From: Eledone cirrhosa
Lineage: Eukaryota
DNA: 64,000 nt
Direction of reading: 5' to 3'
Assembly (NCBI GenBank): GCA_964016885.1
Contig: OZ024740.1
Coordinates: 417,260,001-417,324,000, forward strand
This document shows, in pieces, positions 52,055 to 64,000 of this stretch; within the stretch, counting starts at the first letter, position 1; every line of letters begins with the position of its first letter. Below the pieces are notes generated by a model that did no database searches, was not told the origin of the DNA, and worked only from the letters and a program-made list of their open reading frames with translations. The position numbers and the translations under genes are program-made.

Positions 52055-52927
52055 CAGGGTGCAGACGACATCTGTTGCAATTTTCAACTGCTAATTTTAT
52101 GCAAAATTTTTTTTACATCTGTTGTCACTCTTGTCTTCATAAAAACAGTGACTATATTTGCATTATTTATTTTCAGAATAATTGATTATGAATAATTTTG
52201 AACCTCCAAATTTGTGGAAGAGACACGGAGTTCTTCTTGGAATCCGCGCCGGGAGGACAAATAAGGAAATTTCAGACTTTCTCAGCGTCAGCAGGAGAAT
52301 GGTGTCTCATCCAAAGACGTGACCAGAGTCATGCAGACAAAGTTTCCAGCGACAACATTGGTCTTAGGTGTCGTCATGCCACCTCACTTCTTCCTGAGGG
52401 CCTCAAGCTGAACACCGATGGCTACATCCGCGTTCTGAGCGAGGTAGTAAAGCCCTGGATTGACCAGGTAGCTGCAGGTAGGTCGTACGTGTGGCAGCAA
52501 GACTCAGCGCCCTGCCATACCAGCCGAAAGACCCAAGCCTGGCTGTCAGAGAACTTCGTTGACCACACTTCACCTGACATCTGGCCTCCCAGCTCACCTA
52601 ACTGCAACCCCCTCGACTTCTTTGTGTGGGGCGCAGTGGAACGAGACACCAACAGATTTAGCTGCAATACGAAAGACGATCTGAAGGCCAGGATCACAAG
52701 TGCCTTTAGAGGCCTAAGTTGGGGGACAGTGACGAAGACCTGTAGCCGGTTCCGAGGCGGCCTTGAGGCCGTCATCAAAGCCAATGGCGGGTTTATCGAG
52801 TGAGATCGAAAGAATAAGTCATGAAGACAAACTGATCCAAGTTTGATAAATATATCTTAAAAAATAAAACTACTGTGTTATTTTTTCCTAGACAGTAATC
52901 TTGCGAACAGATATCGTCCGCACCCTG
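52055..52927 (+). mobile_element. Tc1/mariner superfamily DD37D (maT-type) transposon, internally deleted
   Basis: TA|CAGGGTGCAGACGACATCTGTT .. AACAGATATCGTCCGCACCCTG|TA; 873 bp. Confidence 0.92.
52198..52803 (+). pseudogene. DD37D transposase C-terminal fragment
   Basis: WQQDSAPCH..WPPSSPNCNPLDFFVWG with 37 residues between the 2nd and 3rd catalytic Asp; ends LEAVIKANGGFIE; N-terminal DNA-binding region absent. Confidence 0.9.
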
Positions 52928-52947
52928 TATGTATATATATATATATA

Positions 52948-53145
52948 TAGTAATAATAATAAATTTGAAGACTAAAATCCAAAGAGGGCTCGATAAGGAT
53001 AAATATATATCTATATATAAGAACCGTAGAACAAATATTTATTAAAATAACAGATTAAAGTTTAAGCAAAGAATCGCTGCTTTCACCCTTAACGGGTGAA
53101 AGCAGCGATTCTTTGCTTAAACTTTAATGTTATTTTAATAAATAT
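52948..53145. repeat. Short (TA)n-flanked element ending in a ~110-bp palindrome
   Basis: ttaaagtttaagcaaagaatcgctgctttcaccc-ttaac-gggtgaaagcagcgattctttgcttaaactttaa; related copies at 54385-54440, 54518-54835, 56011-56720 and 57882-57934. Confidence 0.9.
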
Positions 53146-53159
53146 ATATATATATATAC

Positions 53160-54230
53160 TAAAAGTATGTACAAGTAAACTTCTGTACCTGACTTTTGTG
53201 GATCTGTAGAAAACCTTTGTAATCTGTTGGGCACTTAGGAAGCTAAGTGTAAATGAAAGGCTCCTGAGGGCCATGCAAAACATATCAGGTCTAAGTTGAC
53301 AATGAATACTGTTATGAATGTGAATGCAGATCGTTCAATTTATCATTGCTCTCCAGGCCATAATGGAAAAGTTTAAGACTAGTATCACATGGGAACTCCT
53401 GCATGCTGATAATCTAGTCCTTAAAGATGAATCTGTAGAAAAATTAGAGACAAAATTCCAGACATGGAGGCTAAAACCTACAATTGAAAAGCCTAGAAGT
53501 AGACTTAGCCAAGACTAAAATACTGATAAGTAAGAAATAAAACAGGAATTTTATATCGTGAGAGATGTGGCCTTGTTCAATGTTGAAAAGAGGTGGGCTG
53601 ATATTACTTAATGCACAAAAGATGTAGTCGGACTAAAGGTAGGTTAACGGAGAAGATAAATTCTGTATCTGACAGGTGTACAAGAGAAGAAAGCACTAAC
53701 AACACGCATGATAGCCAGAATAAAAATGGACTGGAAGAAGTTTAGAGAGCTAGTACATTACATCTGCTGACAATAAAGGGCTTCTCAGTCAGAGTGAAGG
53801 GTAGACTGTATCATGCCTGTGTGTGAACTGCAAAGTTATAGGACAGTAATATATGGACCTCAATTGCAGAAGACCTGTGAAGGTTAGAAAAAAAATGAAT
53901 TGAGCACACTCCGATGGATGTGTAATACCGGTGAGCACGAACGCTGTAATATAAGCTAAAAGAAGCACTTTACAGGAGGGATTTGTGATCAAGTGTGCAA
54001 GTGAGAATACTAAGATGGTACAGACATGTGACGCATATGAAAGATGACAGCTGTATAAAAAAATGCAGAGAAATCTAAATGGATGGGACCTATGAAAGAG
54101 GTAGACCTAAGAAGACATTGGATGAAGTAGTGAAGACTGACCTTAGAACAGAGAAAGAGCTGAATCTCACAACAGAGATGACAAAGGACCACAAGGATTG
54201 GTGACATGCTGTACTGAAGAAGACATGCCT
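53160..54230 (+). pseudogene. Highly decayed RTE LINE RT and C-terminal fragments
   Basis: LYLTFVDL*KTF; FIIALQAIMEKFKTSITWELLHADNLVL (YADD-equivalent); GRPKKTLDEVVKTDL. Confidence 0.8.
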
Positions 54231-54432
54231 GCTATACATACATATCATCATCATCGTTTAACATCCATCTTCCACGCTAGCATGGGTTTAGACGGGAATT
54301 ATCCCACTTGAGGCAAGATTGGTCGTCTCGCTCGTATAGGACTGTCTGGCAGGTTTTCTACGGCTGGATGCCCTTCATATATATATAGTAATAATAATAA
54401 ATGTGAACACTAAACTTTAATCTGTTATTTTA

Positions 54433-54522
<90 letters not shown>

Positions 54523-54884
54523 ATAATAAATGTGAAGACTAAAATCTAAAGATGGTACAATAAGGATTTTATATAAATATATATATATATACCAAGGGCG
54601 GTGCCCCAGCATGGCCTCAGCCGGATGGCTGGAACAGGTAAAAGAGTATATATATAAATATACACACATAAAAAAACCTGTACACCAAATATTTATTATA
54701 AGTACAGAATAAAGTTTAAGCAAAGAATCGCTGCTTTCACCCTTAACGGGATCTACTGAAACTCAAAAGATCCCGTAAAAGGGTGAAAGCAGCGATTCTT
54801 TGCTTAAACTTTATTCTGTACATATAATAAATATATATCGTCATCATCATCATTGTTTAATGCCCATCATCCATGCTAGCATGG

Positions 54885-54922
<38 letters not shown>

Positions 54923-55072
54923 TCATCACTGTTTAATGTCCATTTTTCCATGCTAGCATGGGTTAGACGAGTTGTCCTGTTGTGAGATCAGATGACCGTG
55001 TCTTGCTCATACAGAACGATCTTATGGCTTAATGGCCTTCAAGACGCCAACCACTTTACAGTGTGGACTGGG

Positions 55073-55164
55073 TGCTGCTGCTACTACTACTGCTACTACT
55101 ACCACCACTACTACTACTAATACTAATGCTACTGCTGCTGCTGCTGCTACTGTTACTACTATTA

Positions 55165-55195
<31 letters not shown>

Positions 55196-55252
55196 CACTA
55201 CTACTACTGCTGCTGCTGCTGCTACTGTTACTACTATTATTACTACTACTAT

Positions 55253-55321
<69 letters not shown>
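55073..55321. repeat. (CTA/CTG)n trinucleotide repeat
   Basis: Direct reading. Confidence 0.95.
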
Positions 55322-56455
55322 AAATGGAAAAAAATAAACCACATTCCTCATCAGTAATCAATAAATTAAAACCTATTAACAGCAGACACAGGTTGTATTA
55401 AACTGATTGGTTATTGTAAATATATGAGTCTGTGCAGGTAGCCACCCCTCAGACCCCATATATCTGTGTAAATAAGTTCAGTCCACCACCACTACCACCA
55501 CCACAGTCTATTTCATTATTCTCTTGAAAAAGGATTTAACACCCAAAATATCATGAAATCTATATTACTAAAACAGAGAATGTCTGTTTGTCTGTTTGTC
55601 TGTCCAATCACTAAAACTCGAGAACCACCCAACCGAGTTTTTTCAAACTTTACACATATAATACTTATGGCCCCGTGCATGTTTTGAGCAAATTTTCAAT
55701 GCCCTAGGCATTGCATTAGGCGATTTAGCGATCTCTGTCTATAATTCTTAGTCTTTCCCTTTTTAGATAGATACATAGCTATGACGCCGCACCCTTATAA
55801 TATTTGTCTGCATGCCTGACTGTCTGCATTACGTCATTATGACGTGATCTGTGTGTGTATATATGTATATATAGTGTGTGTATGTGTATATATATATATA
55901 TTCTTATGTCAGGGAACGTCTTCATGAACCAAAGTATCGTCTTCCTGTTTTCCTTCGGTTGCAACGTTTTTTGAAATATTTACATCTGCGTTCACAGATT
56001 GATTTTTTTTAGTTTCAGAAGATCCCGTTAAGGTTGAAAGCAGCAATTCTTTACTTAAACTTTAATATGTTATTTTAATATATATATATATATATATTTT
56101 TGTATACACAAAAACAAAATATAAATCAAGGCCAACGATTACATACGATGCATACACAAGAACAAAATATAAACAAATAAGGCCGGTGATTACATAATCA
56201 CATGCATCACTGACATATATTTTTGCATACACAAAAGAAATATATAAACAAACAAGGCCAACAATTGCATACAATTACATCAGTTAGTCTTAGTGTACTT
56301 CATACTGTTTTTAGGTAGAAGATCCCGTTAAGGGTGAAAGCAGCGATTCTTTGCTTAAACTTTAAGTCAACGGTTCGGAAATCACATGCATCACTGACGA
56401 GTTTACTCCTTACTCTACCAGTTAGTCTTAGTGTACTTCATACTGCTATTAGATC

Positions 56456-56635
56456 ATGCCTCGAAGGAAGAGATACTCCATTGGCCGAAATACTGCGATA
56501 GTGGCAAGAGAAAGAACAAGGCGGGCAAACGAATCGTCAGTGGAATCTGCTATTCAACTATCACAAGATGCAGAACATACTGCCACCAGAAGAGCACTTG
56601 AAACATACAAACAACGAACCAATCGCCAAACGGCT
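56456..56635 (+). pseudogene. Probable Helitron RepHel N-terminal remnant
   Basis: MPRRKRYSIGRNT..RRANES..RRALETYKQR..R: basic/charged start resembling animal RepHel N-termini (from recall); lies inside the Helitron and is truncated by the repeated hammerhead-like motif. Confidence 0.5.
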
Positions 56636-56649
56636 GATTTTTTTATTTT

Positions 56650-56700
56650 AGTTTCAGAAGATCCCGTTAATGGTGAAAGCAGCGATTCTTTGCTTAAACT
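56650..56700 (+). ncRNA. Hammerhead-like motif with variant core CAGAAGA (most complete plus-strand copy)
   Basis: AGTTT CAGAAGA T CC(C) GTTAA (T)GG T GAAA GCAG cgattct TTGC T T AAACT: stems I, II and III sit at hammerhead positions; activity unknown. Confidence 0.55.
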
Positions 56701-56954
56701 TTAATCTGTTATTTTAATATATATATATAATTATATATTCGTGTACAGATATTTTTGCATATACAATAACAAAATATAAACAAAAGTATTTATTTTGCGA
56801 TAAAGTATTGATTTTTTTCGCACGGAAAAAAACTCCTGGTAATCTACAACAAATTTTTTTTATAAGCACAAAATGTAGACACCATCCCGAGGCCGAGGTA
56901 TTCCGTACTTCTCTGTACTGTTATATATATACATATATATAATTATATATTCTC

Positions 56955-57820
56955 TAGAGAGGAACGAAGCTTGCATGCTCCGCTGGATGTGCAATAGTAA
57001 TATACGTGAACGGCAAAACATAAACGAACTAAGGAAAAAATTAGAAATAAGAGGGATCAGATGTTGTTTACTCGAGAGAAGGCTACGTTGGTACGGTCAC
57101 GTGATGCGCATGAAAGACGACAGCTGTATAACAAAGTGCAGGGCAATAAAGATAGACGGTAGCCACGGAGTAGGCAGACCCAGAAAAACATGGGACGAGC
57201 TGATCAATTCCGACCTCACACGCTTACACCTCTCCAAGACAATGTCACTGGACCGAGACCTTTGGCGGTGCTCAGTAATAGAGAAGACCCGCCTTACCTA
57301 AATACAAAGTAAAAACCTACTACAGTCAGTAGGCATCTCTATCAAAACACCCCCCCCCCCCCCCCGTCCCACCACCTCCACCCCATCCACACCGCCCCTT
57401 TCAATGTAAAGTTATGTTGGTCCCACAACATCCAGGCCGAAACAAATGAGATCGTGTAGGTGTCACGACAAAAAAAACACACAGTCCACGCTGTAAATGT
57501 GACCGTGTAGGCAACACGGTAAAAACCTCCCAGCTCCACACTGTAAATGTGGTTGGTGTTAGGAAGGGCATCCAGCTGTAGAAAACCCGCCAGACAGTCC
57601 ACGCTGTAATGTGGCCGTGTAGGCAACACGGTAAAAACCTCCCAGCCCCACACTGTAAATGTGGTTGGTGTTAGGAAGGGCATCCAACTGTAGAAAACCC
57701 GCCAGACAGTCCTATGCGAGCAAGACAACCACTCTTGCCTCAAGTGGGAAAACCCCCGTCCAAACCCATGCAAGCGTGGAACACGGACGCTAAACCTGAT
57801 GATGATGATGATGATGATGA
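56955..57820 (+). mobile_element. RTE LINE 3' end (ORF C-terminus + 3' UTR + (GAT)n) nested in Helitron 1
   Basis: ORF 56975-57301 MLRWMC..RRLRWYGHVMRM..GRPRKTWDE; 3' UTR with ~110-bp internal tandem duplication; (GAT)n tail. Confidence 0.92.
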
Positions 57821-58087
57821 TTCGTGTACAGATATTTTTGCATACACAATAACAAAATATAAGCAAACGTATTTATTTCAGGAGGCTCGATAAGGATAAA
57901 TATATATCAAATATATAAGAACCCTAGAGCAAATCCCGAGCAATGCCGGGCCATTCTGCTAGTATAAACTAAAAGTAAACTATTTTGTTTTGTTTTATTT
58001 CACTCACATTTTCACTTCTTTATTTCTAACTTGTTTTATTTTTGCTTTCCTAAAACAATTTTAACTATCTATCAATATATATATATA

Positions 58088-58710
58088 TCATCATCATCAT
58101 CATCATCATCATTTAACATCTATTTTCCATGCTAGCATGGGTAGGAGATGCTGTCCCATTGTGCTACAATCGGGTCAGAGGACTGTGTTTCACTCACACA
58201 GAACTGATTTTGGCTTAGTTTCTACAGCTCGATGCCCTTCCTAATGCCAACCACATTTACAATGTCTACTGGGCGCTTTGTGTCATGACACCTACAAGAC
58301 CACTTTACAGTGTGTACTGGGTACCTTTTGTTGTGTCACCAACATGATGACTTTACAGTGTGTACTGGGTACTTTCTGTTGTGTCACCAACATAACGACT
58401 TTACAGTGAACTGATCGCCTTTTGTCATGACACCAGCACAACCACTTTACTGTAAAGTGGTCAAGTAGGTGTCACGACAAAACCACCCAATCCACACTGT
58501 AAAATGGTCATTTCGGTACCACAATAAAAAGCAGCCAGTCCATGCTGTAAAGTGGTTGATGTTAGGAAGAGCATCCAGCTGTAGAAACCAAGCCAAAATA
58601 CAGATCTGTATGAGCAAGACATGGTCTCTGGACCTGACTTGTCTTATAACGTGACAAACCTTCTAACTAGAGCTACATGGAAAAATAGATGTTTAACAAT
58701 GATGATGATG
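58088..58710. mobile_element. Two RTE-type 3' UTRs joined head-to-head
   Basis: (CAT)n at the left end, (GAT)n at the right end; junction palindrome ACCACTTTAC-T-GTAAAGTGGT at 58441-58461. Confidence 0.8.
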
Positions 58711-58739
58711 TTTACACACGGAAAGGAAAGATTAAATAA

Positions 58740-58760
58740 GAGAGAGAGAGAGAGAGAGAG

Positions 58761-58857
<97 letters not shown>

Positions 58858-58865
58858 GAGAGAGA
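58740..58865. repeat. (GA)n microsatellite
   Basis: Direct reading. Confidence 0.97.
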
Positions 58866-59532
58866 TAACACCTTTGACAGATATAACAGAATTCTGACAT
58901 CAATGAGAGTGACAAGAAGAAGAAGAGTGTTTGTTAGATTGTATCTGGACAGATATGACATTCCAATATAGATTATGGAGAAGATAGTGACAGAGAAGAG
59001 AACTTTACAACATCCAACAGTTGGTGACTCATTAATCCTAGGCTGAAATCCTGTTAGTCCGGTTAAAGGTGACTTTTGTTTGTTCCTTACTTACATACCA
59101 GTAATATACTAAGTTCAATGCAATTAGGTATAAGACTTCTAGAAAGATCGACCAAATGTCTAGTCAACAAAATTAGTGTTAAAAAATGAAGAAAGGAGAA
59201 CCATTATCAACAGCCAAATCAATTCATTTTGAAACAAACAATATTTATTCTAGAGTCTTCATTTATATTTTTATTTTTTAGATATTAAACTTGAACAGTT
59301 AAACTGTTAATGATGTTAAAATAAATAGTCTAGACTACTAGCTTCATTTTCCTCTTATATAACTGATAAAATAGAAATTGGTTCATACCATAAAGGCTAT
59401 GTGAATGCTTAAAATGGTTAAAAGTTTTTACAAAAGAAGTGAACATCAGTGAATCAAGAAAAGAACACAGCAGTAATCCATTTTGAGATTAAGTTGTTTT
59501 TCAAAAACATTAGCATTCAAATTTCTTTGTCA

Positions 59533-60425
59533 TCTATATATATAAAACTGTGGTTGTCTGTCTGTCTATCGATTTTTGGCACACATCTCCTCTTAGAATC
59601 TCTCACGGAATTGCACCGAAATTGCTATACTTGTACATTGAGCCCTAGCGAAGACATCGGAAAAAAAATATTTCAAATTGACCCGCCCTATCTGACGAAA
59701 TCGAATATAATGTATCGATTTTTGAGCGTAAGTGATCAGTTATTTCCCTTTGTTCTGTTTACATTGAGCGTCTGCGTGCAAAAATTATAAAAAATTACGC
59801 TGGCTTTCTCAGCGTTTAAAATGACATTAATTCATCTATATATATAAAACTGTGGTTGTCTGTCTGTCTATCGATTTTTGGCACACATCTCCTCTTAGAA
59901 TCTCTCACGGAATTGCACCGAAATTGCTATACTTGTACATTGAGCCCTAGCGAAGACATCGGAAAAAAATATTTCAAATTGACCCGCCCTATCTGACGAA
60001 ATCGAATATAATGTATCGATTTTTGAGCGTAAGTGATCAGTTATTTCCCTTTGTTCTGTTTACATTGAGCGTCTGCGTGCAAAAATTAAAAAAAATTACG
60101 CTGGCTTTCTCAGCGTTTAAAATGACATTAATTCATCAGTTCGAACACTAAGCTTCCGTTTTGCTTCATTTCCATTTAAAAGCCTTTTAAAACAATATTT
60201 TTACTTGAAAACAAGTCTATTTAAAGACTACGTAAAACAAGCAAATATTTCGTAAAAAAAAGCAAAAATTATATAAGTTTATTTAAAATATATGTATCTG
60301 TAAATTTCGTTAGGCGTGCAGACAGACAGTCGAGCAGACAGACTTTAAGCCAAAAAAGAAACTTAACATTGTAACTTTAACACAGCTACTGAGCGACCCC
60401 GAGCAACGCCGGGCTTTACTGCTAG
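59533..60425 (+). mobile_element. Non-autonomous Helitron 2 with a tandemly duplicated 302-bp 5' end
   Basis: A|TCTATATATATAAAAC + (TGTC)n at 59533 and again at 59835; 3' hairpin CCCG-agcaacgc-CGGG then CTAG|T at 60422-60425. Confidence 0.88.
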
Positions 60426-60519
60426 TATATAATAAATATTAAACATTTCTAATTTTGAATATGAAAAGAAGCTTAATAAAACTGAAAAAGTCATAATGGA
60501 TATTTGTATACACAAGCAG

Positions 60520-61075
60520 ACAAGTTTTTAGTGGTAGAAAGAGTTATAACAGTGGTAGAAATAGTTTTGACAGAACTAATTAAAGAAAAAGACAAATTAG
60601 ATGAGATGCAGTTTGGTTTTGTGCCAAGAAGGAGCACTACAGAGCTCTCTTTTTAGTGAGACAACTACAAGACAAGTTCTAAGCTAAATGTAAACTGCTG
60701 CTATATCTAACCTAGCTTTTGTAGATATGGAAAAGGCTTTTGAAAGAGTCCAATGAACTGATTATCTAGTGGAAAGTGAGAAGTTCTAAGCTAAGTGTAA
60801 GCTACTATACCTAGTCTTTGTAGATCTGGCTTTTGATAAAATACCATAATCTGATTATCTGGTGGTCCTTAAGGAAACAAGATGTAGATGAGGGGCTCGT
60901 GAGAGTAGTGCAAGTCATGTATGGTGGTGATCTCAGTAAAGTGAGAGTTGGTAATGAGACTTGGGACGTAAATGCAGGGGATATGTGGAAACTGGAGAGA
61001 AATGAAGCAAGCAAGCTTCATAGGATGTGTAATTTAACAGATCAACCAACCCAGTGTAGAAGACATGTAAAAAAA
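60520..61075 (+). pseudogene. Decayed RTE LINE RT fragments
   Basis: LDEMQFGFVPRRSTT; FVDMEKAFERV; IWWSLRKQDVDEGLVRVVQVMY..SKVRVGNE; KLERNEAS. Confidence 0.82.
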
Positions 61076-61181
61076 TGATGGTATATACATATATATGTAT
61101 CATCATCATCATCATCATTTAATGTCTATTATCATATATGTGTGCGTCTGTGTGAGTGTATATATATATATATATATATAT

Positions 61182-61532
61182 CGTCACACAGTAATACAGA
61201 AGACCCCCCCCCCCACGGGTACAAGCCGAAGCTGAAGCATATAGACAGTATTCCCCTACCCCCTCCCACTGCAAAGTGGTCGTGGAGGTGCCACGGCAAA
61301 AAAGCACCCAGCCCACACTATAAAGTGGACGTGTAGGCGCCACGGGAAAAAAGCACCCAGCACTAAATGAGGTTGGTGTTAGGAAGGGCATCCATGTAGA
61401 AATCAAGCCAGAATCAGTTCCCGTATGAGCAAGGCATGGTCACCCGACCGGACACTGCCCACAACAGGACAACTCGTTTAACCCATGCTAGCGTGGAAGA
61501 ACGGACGTAAAACGGTGATGATGATGAAGATG

Positions 61533-61535
<3 letters not shown>
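61182..61535 (+). mobile_element. RTE-type retroposon 3' portion with (GAT)n tail
   Basis: Homologous to 46840-47120; a further minus-strand tail follows at ~61576-61730. Confidence 0.8.
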
Positions 61536-61572
<37 letters not shown>

Positions 61573-61891
61573 CCTCATCATCATCGATTAACGTCCATCT
61601 TCCATGCTACCATGGGTTAGACGGGTCCCATTTAGAGGCAATTTGTGTTAGGTGACCATGTTTTGCTCATATAGGGGTGTTTCTGGCCGGTTTTCTACGG
61701 CTGGATGCCCTTCCTAATGCCAACCACATTGACATATATGTGTATATATATATATATATATAAATATGAAGAAACAATGTTGACTCTGATGAAGACGAAG
61801 TGAGAGTGTATTTGTATACATTCTCACAAAGAAATCAATGGGCAAAAATGCCTCAAAGGACAGAAACCAGCAGCCAGTGGTCAACTGGCCG

Positions 61892-61965
<74 letters not shown>

Positions 61966-62185
61966 ATGGCTGATGATCGCTGGGTGAAGAAGTGCCAAAA
62001 GATTCTAGTGGTAGGAAGTCACAGTAGTGATAGACTAAGAAAAAATGTAGTGAGAGCTGATCTCAAATTGCTGAGACTCATAGAGGAAATGAAGGAATGC
62101 GAGAGGTGGAGAGATGCTGTGTTAAAAAGGACTTGTCCCACCCTTGCAAGTGTGGAAAAATGGACGTAAATAAAAAACGATGATA
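61966..62185 (+). mobile_element. RTE LINE 3' end
   Basis: MADDRWVKKC..VVRADLKLLRLIEEM..WRDAV then gtggaaaaatggacgtaaa tail. Confidence 0.78.
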
Positions 62186-62448
62186 TATTTAATGCAAGTC
62201 TAGGAATATTGATGTGAAAATCGTCACAATTTCATGTTTATAAATATACTAGTACATAACCGTCTAACCCATGCTAGCATGGAAAGTGGACGTTAAACGA
62301 GGATGATGATAACCTGTTATTTTACAGAACGAATAACAAATAATCCATTTTTTCTGCAAACTTTAATAAAGTTGTTTATGGATTATATATAGATACCCAA
62401 CTCTCTCTCTCTTTGTATATATATATATACATACACCTCTCTCTCTCT

Positions 62449-63816
<1,368 letters not shown>

Positions 63817-64000
63817 ACCGTAGACAAAATGTTGACTTTTGGTATGAATAAAAACATTTCAAAATGATTGTCAGTTTGTGTAACACACCCCACCCCACTC
63901 CATACATATTTAGGGAAACTATATTATTTATCCAACCACAAGTTAGTCGGTAAATTGGCAGAATCATTAGAACGTTGGATAGAATTATTTGTGGTATTCA

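Larger units (their letters stand above)
55559..57962 (+). mobile_element. Non-autonomous Helitron 1 with cargo
   Basis: A|TCTATATTACTAAA 5' end followed by (TGTC/TGTT)n; 3' hairpin CCCG-agcaatgc-CGGG 8 bp before CTAG|T; no TSD. Confidence 0.85.

Noticed and set aside
58866-59060. Possible host exon (open minus-strand frame, hydrophobic peptide)
   Set aside because: No recognisable domain; splice sites unconvincing; cannot be supported without RNA data.
41275-60140. Other CTGANGA heptamers (41281, ~47515 minus, ~49633, ~51495, ~59692, ~60133 minus)
   Set aside because: Each lacks a correctly placed GAAA or the required stems.

Overview
Eukaryotic, AT-rich, repeat-saturated DNA. No intact host gene, rRNA, tRNA or CRISPR array can be supported. 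The repeat repertoire (tRNA-derived SINEs, (GAT)n-tailed RTE retroposon ends, long (TA)n/(GA)n/(TG)n tracts) suggests an octopus-like mollusc; that is an inference, not a database result. Bases 1-33.5 kb are two large minisatellite arrays (39/36-bp and 42/39-bp units) with higher-order duplications, and nearly all long ORFs in the track are artefacts of these and other repeats. Bases 33.5-64 kb are nested mobile elements: a decayed Penelope-like retroelement (RT + GIY-YIG) flanked by ~1.3-kb inverted copies of its 3' UTR, an 8-bp-TSD hAT-type element whose left terminus expanded into a 12-bp satellite, a DD37D (maT-type) Tc1/mariner remnant, two non-autonomous Helitrons, TTAA and TA MITEs, SINEs and RTE fragments. 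The most notable hidden layer is RNA structure. Four canonical type I hammerhead ribozyme motifs are readable (40115, 42731 minus strand, 51191, 63366), plus degenerate ones. A seven-copy ~50-nt motif has full hammerhead topology but a non-canonical CAGAAGA core, and three of its copies sit inside a Helitron.
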